Origin: an uncultured Gammaproteobacteria bacterium
GTDB taxonomy: Bacteria > Patescibacteriota > Patescibacteriia > Patescibacteriales > UBA12075
Direction: 5' to 3'
Assembly: GCA_964459725.1 (NCBI GenBank)
Contig: CAYWNT010000005.1
Span: 27,657 to 91,656 of the forward strand
DNA: 64,000 nucleotides
The notes under the pieces were generated by a model that was not told the origin of the DNA, ran no database searches, and saw only the letters and a list, made by a program, of their open reading frames with translations. The position numbers and the translations under genes are program-made. This document shows, one piece after another, positions 9,382 through 18,946 of the stretch (positions are counted from its first letter, which is position 1; every line of letters starts with the position of its first letter).

Positions 9382-9410
9382 ATTATATATTAAAATTAAA
9401 ATTTTTGCAA
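9382..9410 (-). promoter_or_regulatory. Candidate internal sigma70-type promoter between rpsJ and rplC
   Basis: Minus strand TTGCAA (9410-9405) - 17 nt - TATAAT (9387-9382) inside an unusual 259-nt rpsJ-rplC spacer. Confidence 0.35.
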
Positions 9411-9450
9411 GGGTTTTGCCAAAATCTCAATAATATCTAATATTAGCCAA

Positions 9451-9798
9451 TTACATCTTGATCTCCACATCAACACCAGCTGGAATATTTAAACTTGTTA
9501 AATCTTCGATGGTTTTTGCTGATGGCTCAACAATATCAATCAATCTTTTATGGGTTCTCATTTCATATTGATCCTTTGATGCTTTATGCACGAAAGTAGA
9601 TCTGTTGACAGTGTATTTCTTTATTTCTGTCGGCAATGGAACCGGACCAAAGACCTGAGCGCCACTTCTCTGCGCTGTATCAATAATAGTCTTTGTAGAT
9701 TGATCAATTATTTTGTGATCAAAAGCTTTGATTTTAATGCGAATTCTTTGCTTAAAATCTTCTTTTTGTGATGTTTCTTTTTTTGCTTTTTCTGGCAT
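9451..9798 (-). CDS. rpsJ: 30S ribosomal protein S10
   Basis: [17 protein letters not shown]...[33 protein letters not shown]. Confidence 0.95.
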   Translation of the reverse strand: MPEKAKKETSQKEDFKQRIRIKIKAFDHKIIDQSTKTIIDTAQRSGAQVFGPVPLPTEIKKYTVNRSTFVHKASKDQYEMRTHKRLIDIVEPSAKTIEDLTSLNIPAGVDVEIKM

Positions 9799-9854
9799 TT
9801 TAAAATTTAGCTTGAACTAACAAGCTCACTAATTTAATTAAATAAACATTATCA

Positions 9855-9877
9855 TCCCCTCCGGTGACACCGGAGGG
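9855..9877 (-). terminator. GC-rich hairpin between tuf and rpsJ (partial terminator or processing site)
   Basis: CCCCTCCGGTG/CACCGGAGGGG 11-bp inverted repeat 12 nt after tuf stop; only weakly U-rich tail. Confidence 0.45.
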
Positions 9878-9888
9878 GAGCTAAATAC

Positions 9889-11076
9889 CTATTTAATGAT
9901 TTTTACAACCACACCAGCACCTACAGTTCTTCCACCCTCACGAATAGCAAATCTCATTTTATCCTCCAAAGCAATTGGAGAAATCAATTTTACTTTAAGA
10001 TTTACTGTGTCGCCAGGCATTACCATTTCTGTTCCCTCAGAAAGTTCCACTTCACCAGTTACGTCAGTTGTTCTAATATAAAATTGTGGTTTATAACCTT
10101 TGAAAAATGGTTTATGTCTTCCACCCTCTTCTTTAGATAGAATATAAACTTCAGCTTCAAACTCAGTATGAGGAGTTACAGTTCCAGGTTTTGCCAATAC
10201 TTGCCCTCTTTCTACTTCGTCTTTTTTGGTTCCTCTAAGAAGAATACCAGCATTATCACCTGCCTGACCTTCGTCTAACTGCTTGTTAAACATCTCGATT
10301 CCTGTAACAGTTGTTTTTGTAGTATCTTTCAAACCAACAATTTCTATTTCTTCGTTAATTTTTAAGATACCTCTTTCGATTCTACCTGTAACTACAGTTC
10401 CTCTACCTTCAATTGAAAATACATCTTCGATAGGCATAAGGAAGTCTTTGTCAGTGTCTCTTTTTGGCTCAGGAATAGCTTCATCTAAGGCAGCCATTAA
10501 TTCCATAACTGGATTTCCATCATCACCTTCTGGTCCTTCCAATGCTTTTAGAGCTGAACCTCTGACAATTTTTGCATTATCACCGTCAAACTCATATTTC
10601 TTTAACAAGTCTCTGATTTCTTCCTCAACTAAGTCAATCAACTCTTGGTCCTCTACCATGTCACATTTGTTTAGGAATACAACAATGTTGCTAATTCCAA
10701 CCTGCTTAGCAAGCAAGATATGTTCTCTTGTTTGAGGCATTGGTCCATCAGTTGCTGCAACCACTAGGATTGCTCCATCCATTTGAGCTGCACCAGTAAT
10801 CATGTTTTTTACATAATCAGCATGTCCAGGACAGTCTACGTGAGCATAGTGTCTATTTTCTGATTCATATTCAACATGGGCAGTAGCAATAGTAATACCA
10901 CGTTCTTTTTCTTCAGGAGCTGCATCAATCTGATCAACATTTTTGTCTGATGCGCTAATACCTTTGGCAGCTAACACTTTTAAAATCGCTGCTGTCAAAG
11001 TAGTTTTACCATGATCGACATGGCCAATTGTTCCCACATTTAAATGCGGTTTTGTTCGTTCAAATTTTTCTGACAT
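9889..11076 (-). CDS. tuf: Elongation factor Tu
   Basis: [22 protein letters not shown] GTPase motifs; full-length 395 aa. Confidence 0.98.
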   Translation of the reverse strand: MSEKFERTKPHLNVGTIGHVDHGKTTLTAAILKVLAAKGISASDKNVDQIDAAPEEKERGITIATAHVEYESENRHYAHVDCPGHADYVKNMITGAAQMDGAILVVAATDGPMPQTREHILLAKQVGISNIVVFLNKCDMVEDQELIDLVEEEIRDLLKKYEFDGDNAKIVRGSALKALEGPEGDDGNPVMELMAALDEAIPEPKRDTDKDFLMPIEDVFSIEGRGTVVTGRIERGILKINEEIEIVGLKDTTKTTVTGIEMFNKQLDEGQAGDNAGILLRGTKKDEVERGQVLAKPGTVTPHTEFEAEVYILSKEEGGRHKPFFKGYKPQFYIRTTDVTGEVELSEGTEMVMPGDTVNLKVKLISPIALEDKMRFAIREGGRTVGAGVVVKIIK

Positions 11077-11231
11077 GTTGTGTCTACTTACGACCTCTTT
11101 TAAAAACTGTTTAAAATTTCACCTTTTAAAATGACTTTTCGACAGTTTCTCAAGCTCTCTAAAAAACGAGAGAAGAGTTTTTTCCTTACAAGGAACCAAT
11201 CGTAAAAATTTAATTATTTATTACAATATTA

Positions 11232-11612
11232 TTAAAAATTTATTTCTTCCAAATATTGTCGGTCTTCTTCAATAACCTCTTCAGCGCTTTCTCTTCTTCT
11301 TTTTGGAATTCCCCACTTCTTTTCACCATTCTCCACCCCCTCATTACTTGCCCCGAAATCAGGCTCAAATGACATTTCCGACTCATAATCCGTTCCTTCG
11401 TTATAAAGTATATTGTCATCTTCAAAAGAAGGAATATTGGAATTTATATTATCAACAAATTCATTATCTGTCAAATTTTTTTTACTAACTAACTCCTCAT
11501 ACTTACTTAACGGCATGATAGCAAAAGCTTCGTTAGATTCAGAATCAAAAATAATCAATCTGTCTCCCGTCCTCCTTGATATTTCAATTGCTTTTTGAAG
11601 TTGATTATGCAT
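11232..11612 (-). CDS. Hypothetical acidic protein, N-terminal Phd/YefM-like segment (weak)
   Basis: 126 aa between fusA and tuf; DRLIIFDSESNEAFAIMPLSKYEELV resembles the antitoxin-fold pattern ..PvlIt.r.g...vlls.eeYe.L; remainder D/E-rich. Confidence 0.55.
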   Translation of the reverse strand: MHNQLQKAIEISRRTGDRLIIFDSESNEAFAIMPLSKYEELVSKKNLTDNEFVDNINSNIPSFEDDNILYNEGTDYESEMSFEPDFGASNEGVENGEKKWGIPKRRRESAEEVIEEDRQYLEEINF

Positions 11613-11624
11613 AATAATGAATTA

Positions 11625-13706
11625 TTATTTTCCTGCTTTATCTCCGATTATCTCGTCGGCAACATTCTTAGGAGCCTCACTGTAGTGCAAAAACTCCATG
11701 CTATAATTTGATCTTCCCTGACTCATTGATCGAAGATCGGTAGCGTATCCAAACATGGAAGCAAGCGGCACTCTGGCATCTATCACCTTGCTTTTCCCTC
11801 TGTCTTCCATTTTATCTACTTGTCCTCTTCTGGAATTTAGATCTCCAACAATATTTCCCATATATTCTTCAGGGGTAACAACTTCTACTTTCATAATCGG
11901 CTCAAGCAATATTGCTCCAGCCTTTTTTGCTGCTTCCTTAAATGCTAAAATAGCTGCCATCTTAAATGCCACCTCTGATGAATCTACTTCATGGTAAGAA
12001 CCATCATAAACAGTTGCTTTAATATCAACTATCGGGTAACCAGCAATAACACCATGATCAAAAGCTTCATTTACACCTTTTCCAACAGCTGGCAAATATT
12101 CTCTTGGAATAACACCACCCTTTACCTCGTCTACGAACTCATTTCCCTCTCCTTCTTCTCTAGGCTCAATCCTCAACCAACAATGTCCGTACTGACCTCT
12201 TCCACCTGACTGCTTAACGTATTTTCCTTCAGCCTCTGCTGACTGTTTAATTGTTTCTCTATATGACACTTGTGGTTTACCAATATTTGCTTCTACATTA
12301 AACTCTCTTTTCATTCTATCAACAATCACATCCAAGTGAAGTTCTCCCATTCCGGAAATTAAAGTTTGATTTGTTTCTTCATCTGTCTCCACTCTAAAAG
12401 TAGGATCTTCCTCAGCTAGCTTCTGTAATGCTATACCCATTTTTTCTTGATCTGCTTTTGTTTTTGGCTCAACCGCAATCTTAATTACAGGCTCTGGAAA
12501 TGTAATTGATTCCAAAATCAACTTTCTGCTTTCAGCACAAAGAGTATTACCTGTAACAGTATCTTTTAGTCCGATTACTGCGGCGATATCTCCGGCATAT
12601 ACCTCGTTCACTTCTTCTCTTGAATTAGCATGCATTCTCACTAGTCGTCCAACTCTTTCTTTTTTTCCGGTTGCAGTATTATAAATATATGATCCAGATT
12701 CCAACACTCCGCTATAAACTCTAATAAAACATAATTTACCAACAAACGGATCAGTCGCGATCTTGAAAGCAAGACCAGCGAAAGATTCACTATCATCAGC
12801 GCTTACTGGAATCTTTTTCTCTTCATCATCTACATCCATTGCTTCCATTGGTGGCACATCTACAGGAGAAGGTAAATATTCAACAACGGCGTCCAGCGCA
12901 GGCTGCACACCGATATTTTTTAGAGCTGTTCCTGCAAGAACTGGATAAATATCATTTGCCAAAACTCCTTTTCTAACAGCTTTTTTCAATTCCTCAACAC
13001 TAACTTCTTCTCCTGCCAAATATTTCTCCATCAACTCTTCATCACACTCTACCACTCTCTCCACCATTTCTTCTCTATATTTCTTTATTTTATCTGTCAT
13101 GTCGGCAGGAATCTCTATTTCATCCATCTGCTCACCAAAATTACCTTTAAACTCAACAGCTTTCATAGTAATCAAATCTACAATTCCTTTTATATCGTCT
13201 TCAGCGCCAATTGGAAACTGAATTGCTACTGCTTTTTCGCTTAGTCTTTCCCTGATAGAGTCTAAGCTCATTTCGAAATCACCGCCCAGCTTGTCCATCT
13301 TGTTTACAAAGCAAAGTCTTGGCACATTATATTTATCAGCTTGTCTCCAAACAGTTTCAGATTGTGGCTCTACACCGGCTGCTCCGTCAAAAACGGCCAC
13401 AGCACCATCTAACACACGCAAAGATCTCTCTACCTCTACAGTAAAGTCAACGTGCCCTGGAGTATCAATAATATTAATACGATTATCTCTCCAAAAACAG
13501 GTAGTAGCTGCTGATGTAATAGTAATTCCTCTTTCCTTCTCTTGTTCCATCCAATCCATGTCAGCGGCTCCATCATGAGTTTCACCTATTTTATGTTTTT
13601 TTCCAGTATAAAAAAGCACACGTTCTGTAAAAGTTGTTTTTCCAGCATCAATATGTGCCATAATGCCAATGTTTCTTGTGTTTTCTAGCGAATATTCCCT
13701 TGCCAT
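11625..13706 (-). CDS. fusA: Elongation factor G
   Basis: [21 protein letters not shown] motifs; 693 aa. Confidence 0.98.
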   Translation of the reverse strand: MAREYSLENTRNIGIMAHIDAGKTTFTERVLFYTGKKHKIGETHDGAADMDWMEQEKERGITITSAATTCFWRDNRINIIDTPGHVDFTVEVERSLRVLDGAVAVFDGAAGVEPQSETVWRQADKYNVPRLCFVNKMDKLGGDFEMSLDSIRERLSEKAVAIQFPIGAEDDIKGIVDLITMKAVEFKGNFGEQMDEIEIPADMTDKIKKYREEMVERVVECDEELMEKYLAGEEVSVEELKKAVRKGVLANDIYPVLAGTALKNIGVQPALDAVVEYLPSPVDVPPMEAMDVDDEEKKIPVSADDSESFAGLAFKIATDPFVGKLCFIRVYSGVLESGSYIYNTATGKKERVGRLVRMHANSREEVNEVYAGDIAAVIGLKDTVTGNTLCAESRKLILESITFPEPVIKIAVEPKTKADQEKMGIALQKLAEEDPTFRVETDEETNQTLISGMGELHLDVIVDRMKREFNVEANIGKPQVSYRETIKQSAEAEGKYVKQSGGRGQYGHCWLRIEPREEGEGNEFVDEVKGGVIPREYLPAVGKGVNEAFDHGVIAGYPIVDIKATVYDGSYHEVDSSEVAFKMAAILAFKEAAKKAGAILLEPIMKVEVVTPEEYMGNIVGDLNSRRGQVDKMEDRGKSKVIDARVPLASMFGYATDLRSMSQGRSNYSMEFLHYSEAPKNVADEIIGDKAGK

Positions 13707-13785
13707 ATATTTTGAATCTTGAATTCTTGCCCCGTCGGATGACCGGGGTCGAATTATTTTATTATTATAAAAATAAATTATTTAT

Positions 13786-14034
13786 TTAATTCTCTTCCAA
13801 TTGTTTATTTGTTCTACTGTTTAATTGCTTCTGTATTGAACCAATGTCTTCTTTGGCGTTGTTTAGCACCTCTACTTGGTGAACCACACCTCCTGACTGC
13901 TTCTCGCCTCTAAAGAAATATGATTTACCAAAAAAGATTAATGCCATGATGGAAATTACTATAAGGACTGCTATTAAGGCGAATCCTTGTCTATCTATCA
14001 AGTAGGTATTATTTATTCCACCTTTTTTCTCCAT
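13786..14034 (-). CDS. Small membrane protein (hypothetical)
   Basis: 82 aa with one hydrophobic helix FALIAVLIVISIMALIFF; inserted between rpsG and fusA. Confidence 0.5.
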   Translation of the reverse strand: MEKKGGINNTYLIDRQGFALIAVLIVISIMALIFFGKSYFFRGEKQSGGVVHQVEVLNNAKEDIGSIQKQLNSRTNKQLEEN

Positions 14035-14039
14035 TTATT

Positions 14040-14501
14040 TTATTCTTTGCTTTCGAATTTTACTGGAATCTCGGTTATGTTATCCTTGTCCCCTTGTTCG
14101 AAAACTGCTAAATAACCTTCTTTTGTATTTTTAAACTTAAACCAATATTCTGATATTTTGAATTTATTGTCGTATACTTTTGCTGGCACACTCACAACCG
14201 CTTCATGCTCGCTATTTCTAAGCTCAACAATCACTCCATCAACACCTGTCTCACCTTCTATTAAAGCTGGACTTACCAAGGTATCTCCAGCGGAAATACC
14301 GCTTATTTTTATATTATCACTTATTATTTCTTGGCTTTCTTCCACCTCGACATTTTCACCTTCATCACTTACTACTACTTCGTCATTTTTTTCCACTTCT
14401 TGATTATTTTCAGTCTTTTTGTTGTCGACATCAGTAGTTGAAGTACAACCTGTTAAAAAAACAAATATAATTGCTAGTAAGAAATATTTTTTCATATACA
14501 A
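14040..14501 (-). CDS. Putative lipoprotein (hypothetical)
   Basis: Signal peptide plus lipobox FLTGC, then acidic linker; inserted between rpsG and fusA. Confidence 0.65.
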   Translation of the reverse strand: MYMKKYFLLAIIFVFLTGCTSTTDVDNKKTENNQEVEKNDEVVVSDEGENVEVEESQEIISDNIKISGISAGDTLVSPALIEGETGVDGVIVELRNSEHEAVVSVPAKVYDNKFKISEYWFKFKNTKEGYLAVFEQGDKDNITEIPVKFESKE

Positions 14502-14537
14502 AAATTAATTTTGTTAATTATTTTAGATATTAAATAA

Positions 14538-15005
14538 TTATCTTGCAAAATGAGCAAAAGCCTTATTTGCCTCAGCCATCTTGTACACTGTTTCTCTCTT
14601 CTTAGCTGCTGCACCTTCACCCTGTGAAGCATCCAAAATCTCTTCTGCCAACTTCTGGTACATTGGTTTTCCTTTTTTATCTTTAGCTGCCTCAATCAAC
14701 CATCTGCAACCCAACACAAAACGTCTTTCACCTCTAACCTGAAATGGAACTTGATAGTTTGCTCCACCAACTCTTTTTCCCCTAACCTCTACCAAGGGAG
14801 AGATCTTTTTCAAAGCCTTATTAAAAACGTGTCTTGGATCTTGTTTTGTTTTTTCTTTAACAACCTCAAAGGCCTTATAAACTATTCTCTGCGCAACTGC
14901 CTTTTTGCCGTCAGTCATGATATAGTTGATAAACTTAGCTATATCCTTATCATTGTATTTTGCATCACCTTCTATTGCTCTTTTTGGTGCTTGTTTTCCT
15001 CTCAT
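14538..15005 (-). CDS. rpsG: 30S ribosomal protein S7
   Basis: MRGKQAPKR...VEVRGKRVGGANYQVP; 155 aa. Confidence 0.97.
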   Translation of the reverse strand: MRGKQAPKRAIEGDAKYNDKDIAKFINYIMTDGKKAVAQRIVYKAFEVVKEKTKQDPRHVFNKALKKISPLVEVRGKRVGGANYQVPFQVRGERRFVLGCRWLIEAAKDKKGKPMYQKLAEEILDASQGEGAAAKKRETVYKMAEANKAFAHFAR

Positions 15006-15164
15006 ATTTTTTTACTTCAGATTGACTAGAATATTCATATCACAAAACAAAAAGTCAATCTTACTAATTAATTATTTTACTTGAAGTATCTGGGCGATGT
15101 TTACTCATTAGAACCCGTTATAAAAACTCATAGTCCAAATACTACAAAAATTTAAATATATTTA

Positions 15165-15584
15165 TTATTTTTTCTCTTTCTTAGCTCCGTATCTAGATCT
15201 AGACTGTTTTCTTCCCTCTACTCCTTGTGCATCATATACTCCACGTACCACTTTATATCTAACACCTGCAAGATCCTTTGTTCTACCCCCCTTGAGTAAA
15301 ACAATTGAATGCTCCTGCAAATTGTGTCCCATACCCGGAATATACGCCGTAACTTCCATTCCATTAGAAAGTCTAACACGAGCGATTTTACGCAACGCTG
15401 AGTTAGGTTTTTTTGGAGTAGTTGTAGTCACCTTCAAGCAAACCCCTCTCTTAAAAGGAGCTCCTCTTTTTAACTCGGTTTTTTTTCTATGAAGAGTATC
15501 TTTAGTAAACTGCAATGCAGGAAACTTACTCTTTGTTTTTGTCCTTTTCCGTCCTTTACGAACTAATTGATTAATTGTTGGCAT
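15165..15584 (-). CDS. rpsL: 30S ribosomal protein S12
   Basis: [12 protein letters not shown]...[11 protein letters not shown]. Confidence 0.97.
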   Translation of the reverse strand: MPTINQLVRKGRKRTKTKSKFPALQFTKDTLHRKKTELKRGAPFKRGVCLKVTTTTPKKPNSALRKIARVRLSNGMEVTAYIPGMGHNLQEHSIVLLKGGRTKDLAGVRYKVVRGVYDAQGVEGRKQSRSRYGAKKEKK

Positions 15585-15978
15585 ATTTTAATTAAATTAA
15601 AAAATATAAAAATAAATTCGTTTTGTTATCTTATTAACAAAAACAATCCCACTTCAATTGGGATGTTATAATTTAATTTATCAAAATATTTAAAATAAGT
15701 CAAGGAACTACGCCCCAATTAATGAAAAACGATGCCAACATCTAAAAACCAACCAATATTAGCAAATTTAATAAATTTTTAATAAATATTTATTAACCTA
15801 GGAGAGACTATGATTTTTCTTATTTTTTCTCTTTCTTTTTAGTTTTATCGCTTGACTTATTATCATTGACAAATTAAAACTAAGTGGTAATTTTTAATAC
15901 AGCGAAAGACTACCGACAAGTTTGATCATAGTCTCTAGCAAGCACAATTTAATTTATCTCCCCCATGCCTTTTTAAAA

Positions 15979-16170
15979 ATGAAGGCAATAACAATATTAC
16001 TAATACTTATATTTTCTCTCTCCCTGTTGGGGCTCTTTGTTGTAAAAACTATGGCTAGCGAGTTTTCTCCTTCCGATTTTATTTTACAGAATGAAAAATT
16101 CGAAATAAAAATCGGAGTTGATAAAGAAAATGGACGTTATTACACATACCATTATGAATTTTCCGATTAG
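15979..16170 (+). CDS. Small hypothetical secreted/membrane protein
   Basis: ATG at 15979 gives MKAITILLILIFSLSLLGLFVV..; no homology recognised. Confidence 0.3.
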   Translation: MKAITILLILIFSLSLLGLFVVKTMASEFSPSDFILQNEKFEIKIGVDKENGRYYTYHYEFSD

Positions 16171-16172
16171 TA

Positions 16173-16772
16173 TTAATATCCTGCGATAATTTTAAACAAA
16201 AAATATATAATAGGTAAAATTAATTGAAATCCAAACATTACGAAAGCCAGAACCAGTATCATGCCATATCTTTCCAACTGAGCAAACTTCACCTGCCAAT
16301 CATAAGACAAAAAAGGCATCAAGACCTTTGAACCATCCATGGGTGGAATTGGCACCAAATTAAAAACCATCAATAAGAGGTTGATAAATATTATTACCTG
16401 AATGAGCCCAACTAGTTCTACAGGGAGTGACATGAAACGCAGAAGCACACCGAAAAATACAGCTACAATCAAATTTCCTAGTGGTCCGGCTATAGCGACT
16501 TTTGCTGATCCATATTTAGAGTCATTTAAATTATAAGGATTGAATGGAACCGGTTTTGCCCAACCAAAAACAAAGGGTGCGCCAGTAAGTGCTAATACTA
16601 GCGGCAAAAATATTGATCCCATAGGATCCAGATGAGGTATGGGGTTTAGGGTCAATCTACCAGCGTCCTTTGCAGTAGAATCTCCCAACTCATTAGCCAT
16701 CCACCCATGCATATACTCATGAATAATAGCCGAGAATATTAAAACTACGATTTGAAATATTATTAATTGCAT
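16173..16772 (-). CDS. Site-2 protease family (peptidase M50) membrane metalloprotease
   Basis: HEYMHG (HExxH) and NLVPIPPMDG motifs, multiple TM helices; start set at MQLIIFQ (ORF extends to 16895). Confidence 0.75.
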   Translation of the reverse strand: MQLIIFQIVVLIFSAIIHEYMHGWMANELGDSTAKDAGRLTLNPIPHLDPMGSIFLPLVLALTGAPFVFGWAKPVPFNPYNLNDSKYGSAKVAIAGPLGNLIVAVFFGVLLRFMSLPVELVGLIQVIIFINLLLMVFNLVPIPPMDGSKVLMPFLSYDWQVKFAQLERYGMILVLAFVMFGFQLILPIIYFLFKIIAGY

Positions 16773-16943
16773 ATATTTTAAATAATTTATATCAATAATA
16801 ATTCTAGCACAATGAAAGAAGGCTTGCAAAATATGTAAAGGTGTGATAAAATTTTTAGACATAAAGATATAAATAACATCACAATACAGAAACAATCATA
16901 ACTTCTCATAGTTTTCCGTTTGTTTACTGTTTTTTTTAAATAA

Positions 16944-17120
16944 ATGGCAACAAAATGCGATATTTGCGGACGTGGACCAAAGAAAGACGCTCAACGTTCT
17001 CACTCAAATATAAAAACCATCAAAAGACAGTACGTGAATGTACAAAGCAAAAAAGTTGATGGAAAAAAGAAAAACGTCTGCACTAGATGTATAAGAACAA
17101 TGAATAAAGATCAGAAATAG
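16944..17120 (+). CDS. rpmB: 50S ribosomal protein L28
   Basis: 58-aa ORF missing from the track (below its length cutoff): MATKCDICGRGPKKDAQRSHSNIKTIKRQYVNVQSKKVDGKKKNVCTRCIRTMNKDQK; L28 pattern C.iCGk....g..vSHs...tkR...pNlq; followed by terminator. Confidence 0.85.
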   Translation: MATKCDICGRGPKKDAQRSHSNIKTIKRQYVNVQSKKVDGKKKNVCTRCIRTMNKDQK

Positions 17121-17144
17121 AATCTACTTATAACAGAAACAAAA

Positions 17145-17171
17145 ACCACCAGCTCCAAGCTGGTGGTTTTT
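17145..17171 (+). terminator. Rho-independent terminator of rpmB
   Basis: ACCACCAGC-TCCAA-GCTGGTGGT then TTTTT. Confidence 0.75.
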
Positions 17172-17307
17172 AAATAGACAAATCAAGATAGAGTGAGCTA
17201 AATCATCTTCAGAAGAAAATATATAAAAGTAAGCAACGCAAATTCTATTGCGAAAATTTTCAAAATAGTAATTTCAATTTTTTCTGGATTAATAAACATA
17301 TTGTTTT

Positions 17308-17682
17308 TTATGCCTTTTCTTTAACCAACTTCACGATTTCATCTAATTGCCACTCTGTTTTCACTAAAAATGAGACCTGATGAGCTGCCGCTTCTGATAT
17401 GCTCTCACCGTCACTTAAATTAGTCAAAATAACAATAGGCACATCCGCTCCCCATTCCTTGTCTTTTCTAATATCTTTCATTGTGGTTATGCCATCTTTC
17501 TTTGGCATCAAGATATCAAGCATTACCAAATCTGGCTTCTTTTTCATAGCGATCTCAAAAGCCCTCTCTCCGTCTGCTGCTTTTAGCACATTAAAGCCGG
17601 ATTTTTTAAACTTGCCCGCCAAAGCATCCAACATTGCAGTCTCATCCTCAGCGATTAAAATAGTCTTTTTTGTTTCTGGCAT
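17308..17682 (-). CDS. Single-domain response regulator (CheY-like receiver)
   Basis: KKTILIAEDE..DLVMLDILMPKKDG..ILTN receiver motifs; start at MPETKK. Confidence 0.85.
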   Translation of the reverse strand: MPETKKTILIAEDETAMLDALAGKFKKSGFNVLKAADGERAFEIAMKKKPDLVMLDILMPKKDGITTMKDIRKDKEWGADVPIVILTNLSDGESISEAAAHQVSFLVKTEWQLDEIVKLVKEKA

Positions 17683-17734
17683 ATAAATATTATAATAAAA
17701 AAATATTAAGTAAATATTAAATATATTCAAAAAA

Positions 17735-18856
17735 TTATTGTATACTCTCCAAATTCTTCGTCCCCTCTTTTCTCTTCATCCCCTTTAGAGGAATAGTAAT
17801 AAAAAAAGTGGTTCCCATTCCCTTTTTCATCATAGACTTCAACTCCTTATCTTTTTCCTTTTCTACAAAAAAATCCAAACTAGGAGACTCGTACCAAATT
17901 TTACCGCCCGATCTCTCTATCACCGCCTTTGCGATATATAATCCAAGACCTGTCCCCCCGGCTGACATCTTCTTAGCATTATCGGCTCGAAACATTTTGG
18001 TAAACATTTTATGTCTATCACTCCTCTTGATTCCTACCCCTGTGTCTGAAACTTTTATGAGCACATTAGCCTCAGTCTTTCTAATAATAAATCTAACCTT
18101 GCCCCCTTCTGGGGTGTACTTAATGGCGTTTGATAATATATTTTCAAAAACAATCAAAATAAGCCTAGGATCAAGATTTAATACTGGCATTTTTTCGAAA
18201 TTTTTCTCGAAATTAATTTTTTTCTTAGTTATTTCTTTTTTAAATTTCTTAATTGCTTCTTCAGCCTTTTTAACTATCTTTGTTGGCTCAGGCTCTATTG
18301 CAAAAGTACGCAAATCAATCCGCGAAACATCCAAAAGAGCATTTACAAGATCAATCATTCTCTGATTACTTATAAATATTTCTTTTATATATTTCTTCTG
18401 TTCTTTTTTTAGTTCGCCACAATCTCCTGACAAAAGATAATCAGAGTACCACTTCACTATCGAAAGAGGTGTACGCAATTGGTGAGAAGCAAGTGAAACA
18501 AAATCTGACTTGGCCTGCGCCAGCTCTCTACTAACTGAAACATCCATAGCAACCCCCGAGCCCAAACGCTCAATGAGATCGTTTAAGGCGCTCACAACTT
18601 GGCAAACCTCATCCTTGCTCCTTACTTGTATTTTTTTAAAGACATTTCCAGCTGCCATTTCTTCAATCTTGAACGCCAGTCTATTAAATCTTCTATTCAA
18701 ACTTTTTAAAAATAATAATCTAAAGAAAATAAAAAGAAGTACTAGGCCCATTATCATAAAAACAACAACCAGGTCTACTGAAGCAAGCAAAAGTACGGGT
18801 AAAATAATTACTGGAAATAAAATTTCGATTATTAAAAATTTTTTATTTAATTTCAT
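17735..18856 (-). CDS. Sensor histidine kinase (TM-HAMP-HisKA-HATPase)
   Basis: H-box SHQLRTPL, N/G boxes NAIKYTPEGG, DTGVGI, GTGLGL. Confidence 0.85.
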   Translation of the reverse strand: MKLNKKFLIIEILFPVIILPVLLLASVDLVVVFMIMGLVLLFIFFRLLFLKSLNRRFNRLAFKIEEMAAGNVFKKIQVRSKDEVCQVVSALNDLIERLGSGVAMDVSVSRELAQAKSDFVSLASHQLRTPLSIVKWYSDYLLSGDCGELKKEQKKYIKEIFISNQRMIDLVNALLDVSRIDLRTFAIEPEPTKIVKKAEEAIKKFKKEITKKKINFEKNFEKMPVLNLDPRLILIVFENILSNAIKYTPEGGKVRFIIRKTEANVLIKVSDTGVGIKRSDRHKMFTKMFRADNAKKMSAGGTGLGLYIAKAVIERSGGKIWYESPSLDFFVEKEKDKELKSMMKKGMGTTFFITIPLKGMKRKEGTKNLESIQ

Positions 18857-18946
18857 TTTATATAACTTATATTTTAAATCCTCTTTTACGTGTCTTTCTT
18901 TATTTTAGTAAAAATATCAAAATAATTCAAGAAGTTTTAGAAAATC

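Noticed and set aside
13786-14034. Type IV pilin-like N-terminus (RQGFALIAVLIVISIMA)
   Set aside because: It lacks the conserved Glu at +5 after the G/F cleavage site and has no pilin-like C-terminal domain, so it is called a generic small membrane protein.
14492-14695. 67-aa minus-strand ORF overlapping the 3' part of rpsG
   Set aside because: It is an alternative frame inside the well-supported S7 gene, with a basic, low-complexity translation.
654-15492. Many plus-strand ORFs of 60-185 aa antisense to ribosomal protein, tuf and fusA genes (e.g. 654..917, 5262..5594, 8340..8708, 10283..10735, 13291..13578)
   Set aside because: They are S/F/L/P-rich low-complexity translations lying fully inside strongly supported minus-strand genes. 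These are shadow ORFs of K/E-rich coding sequence.
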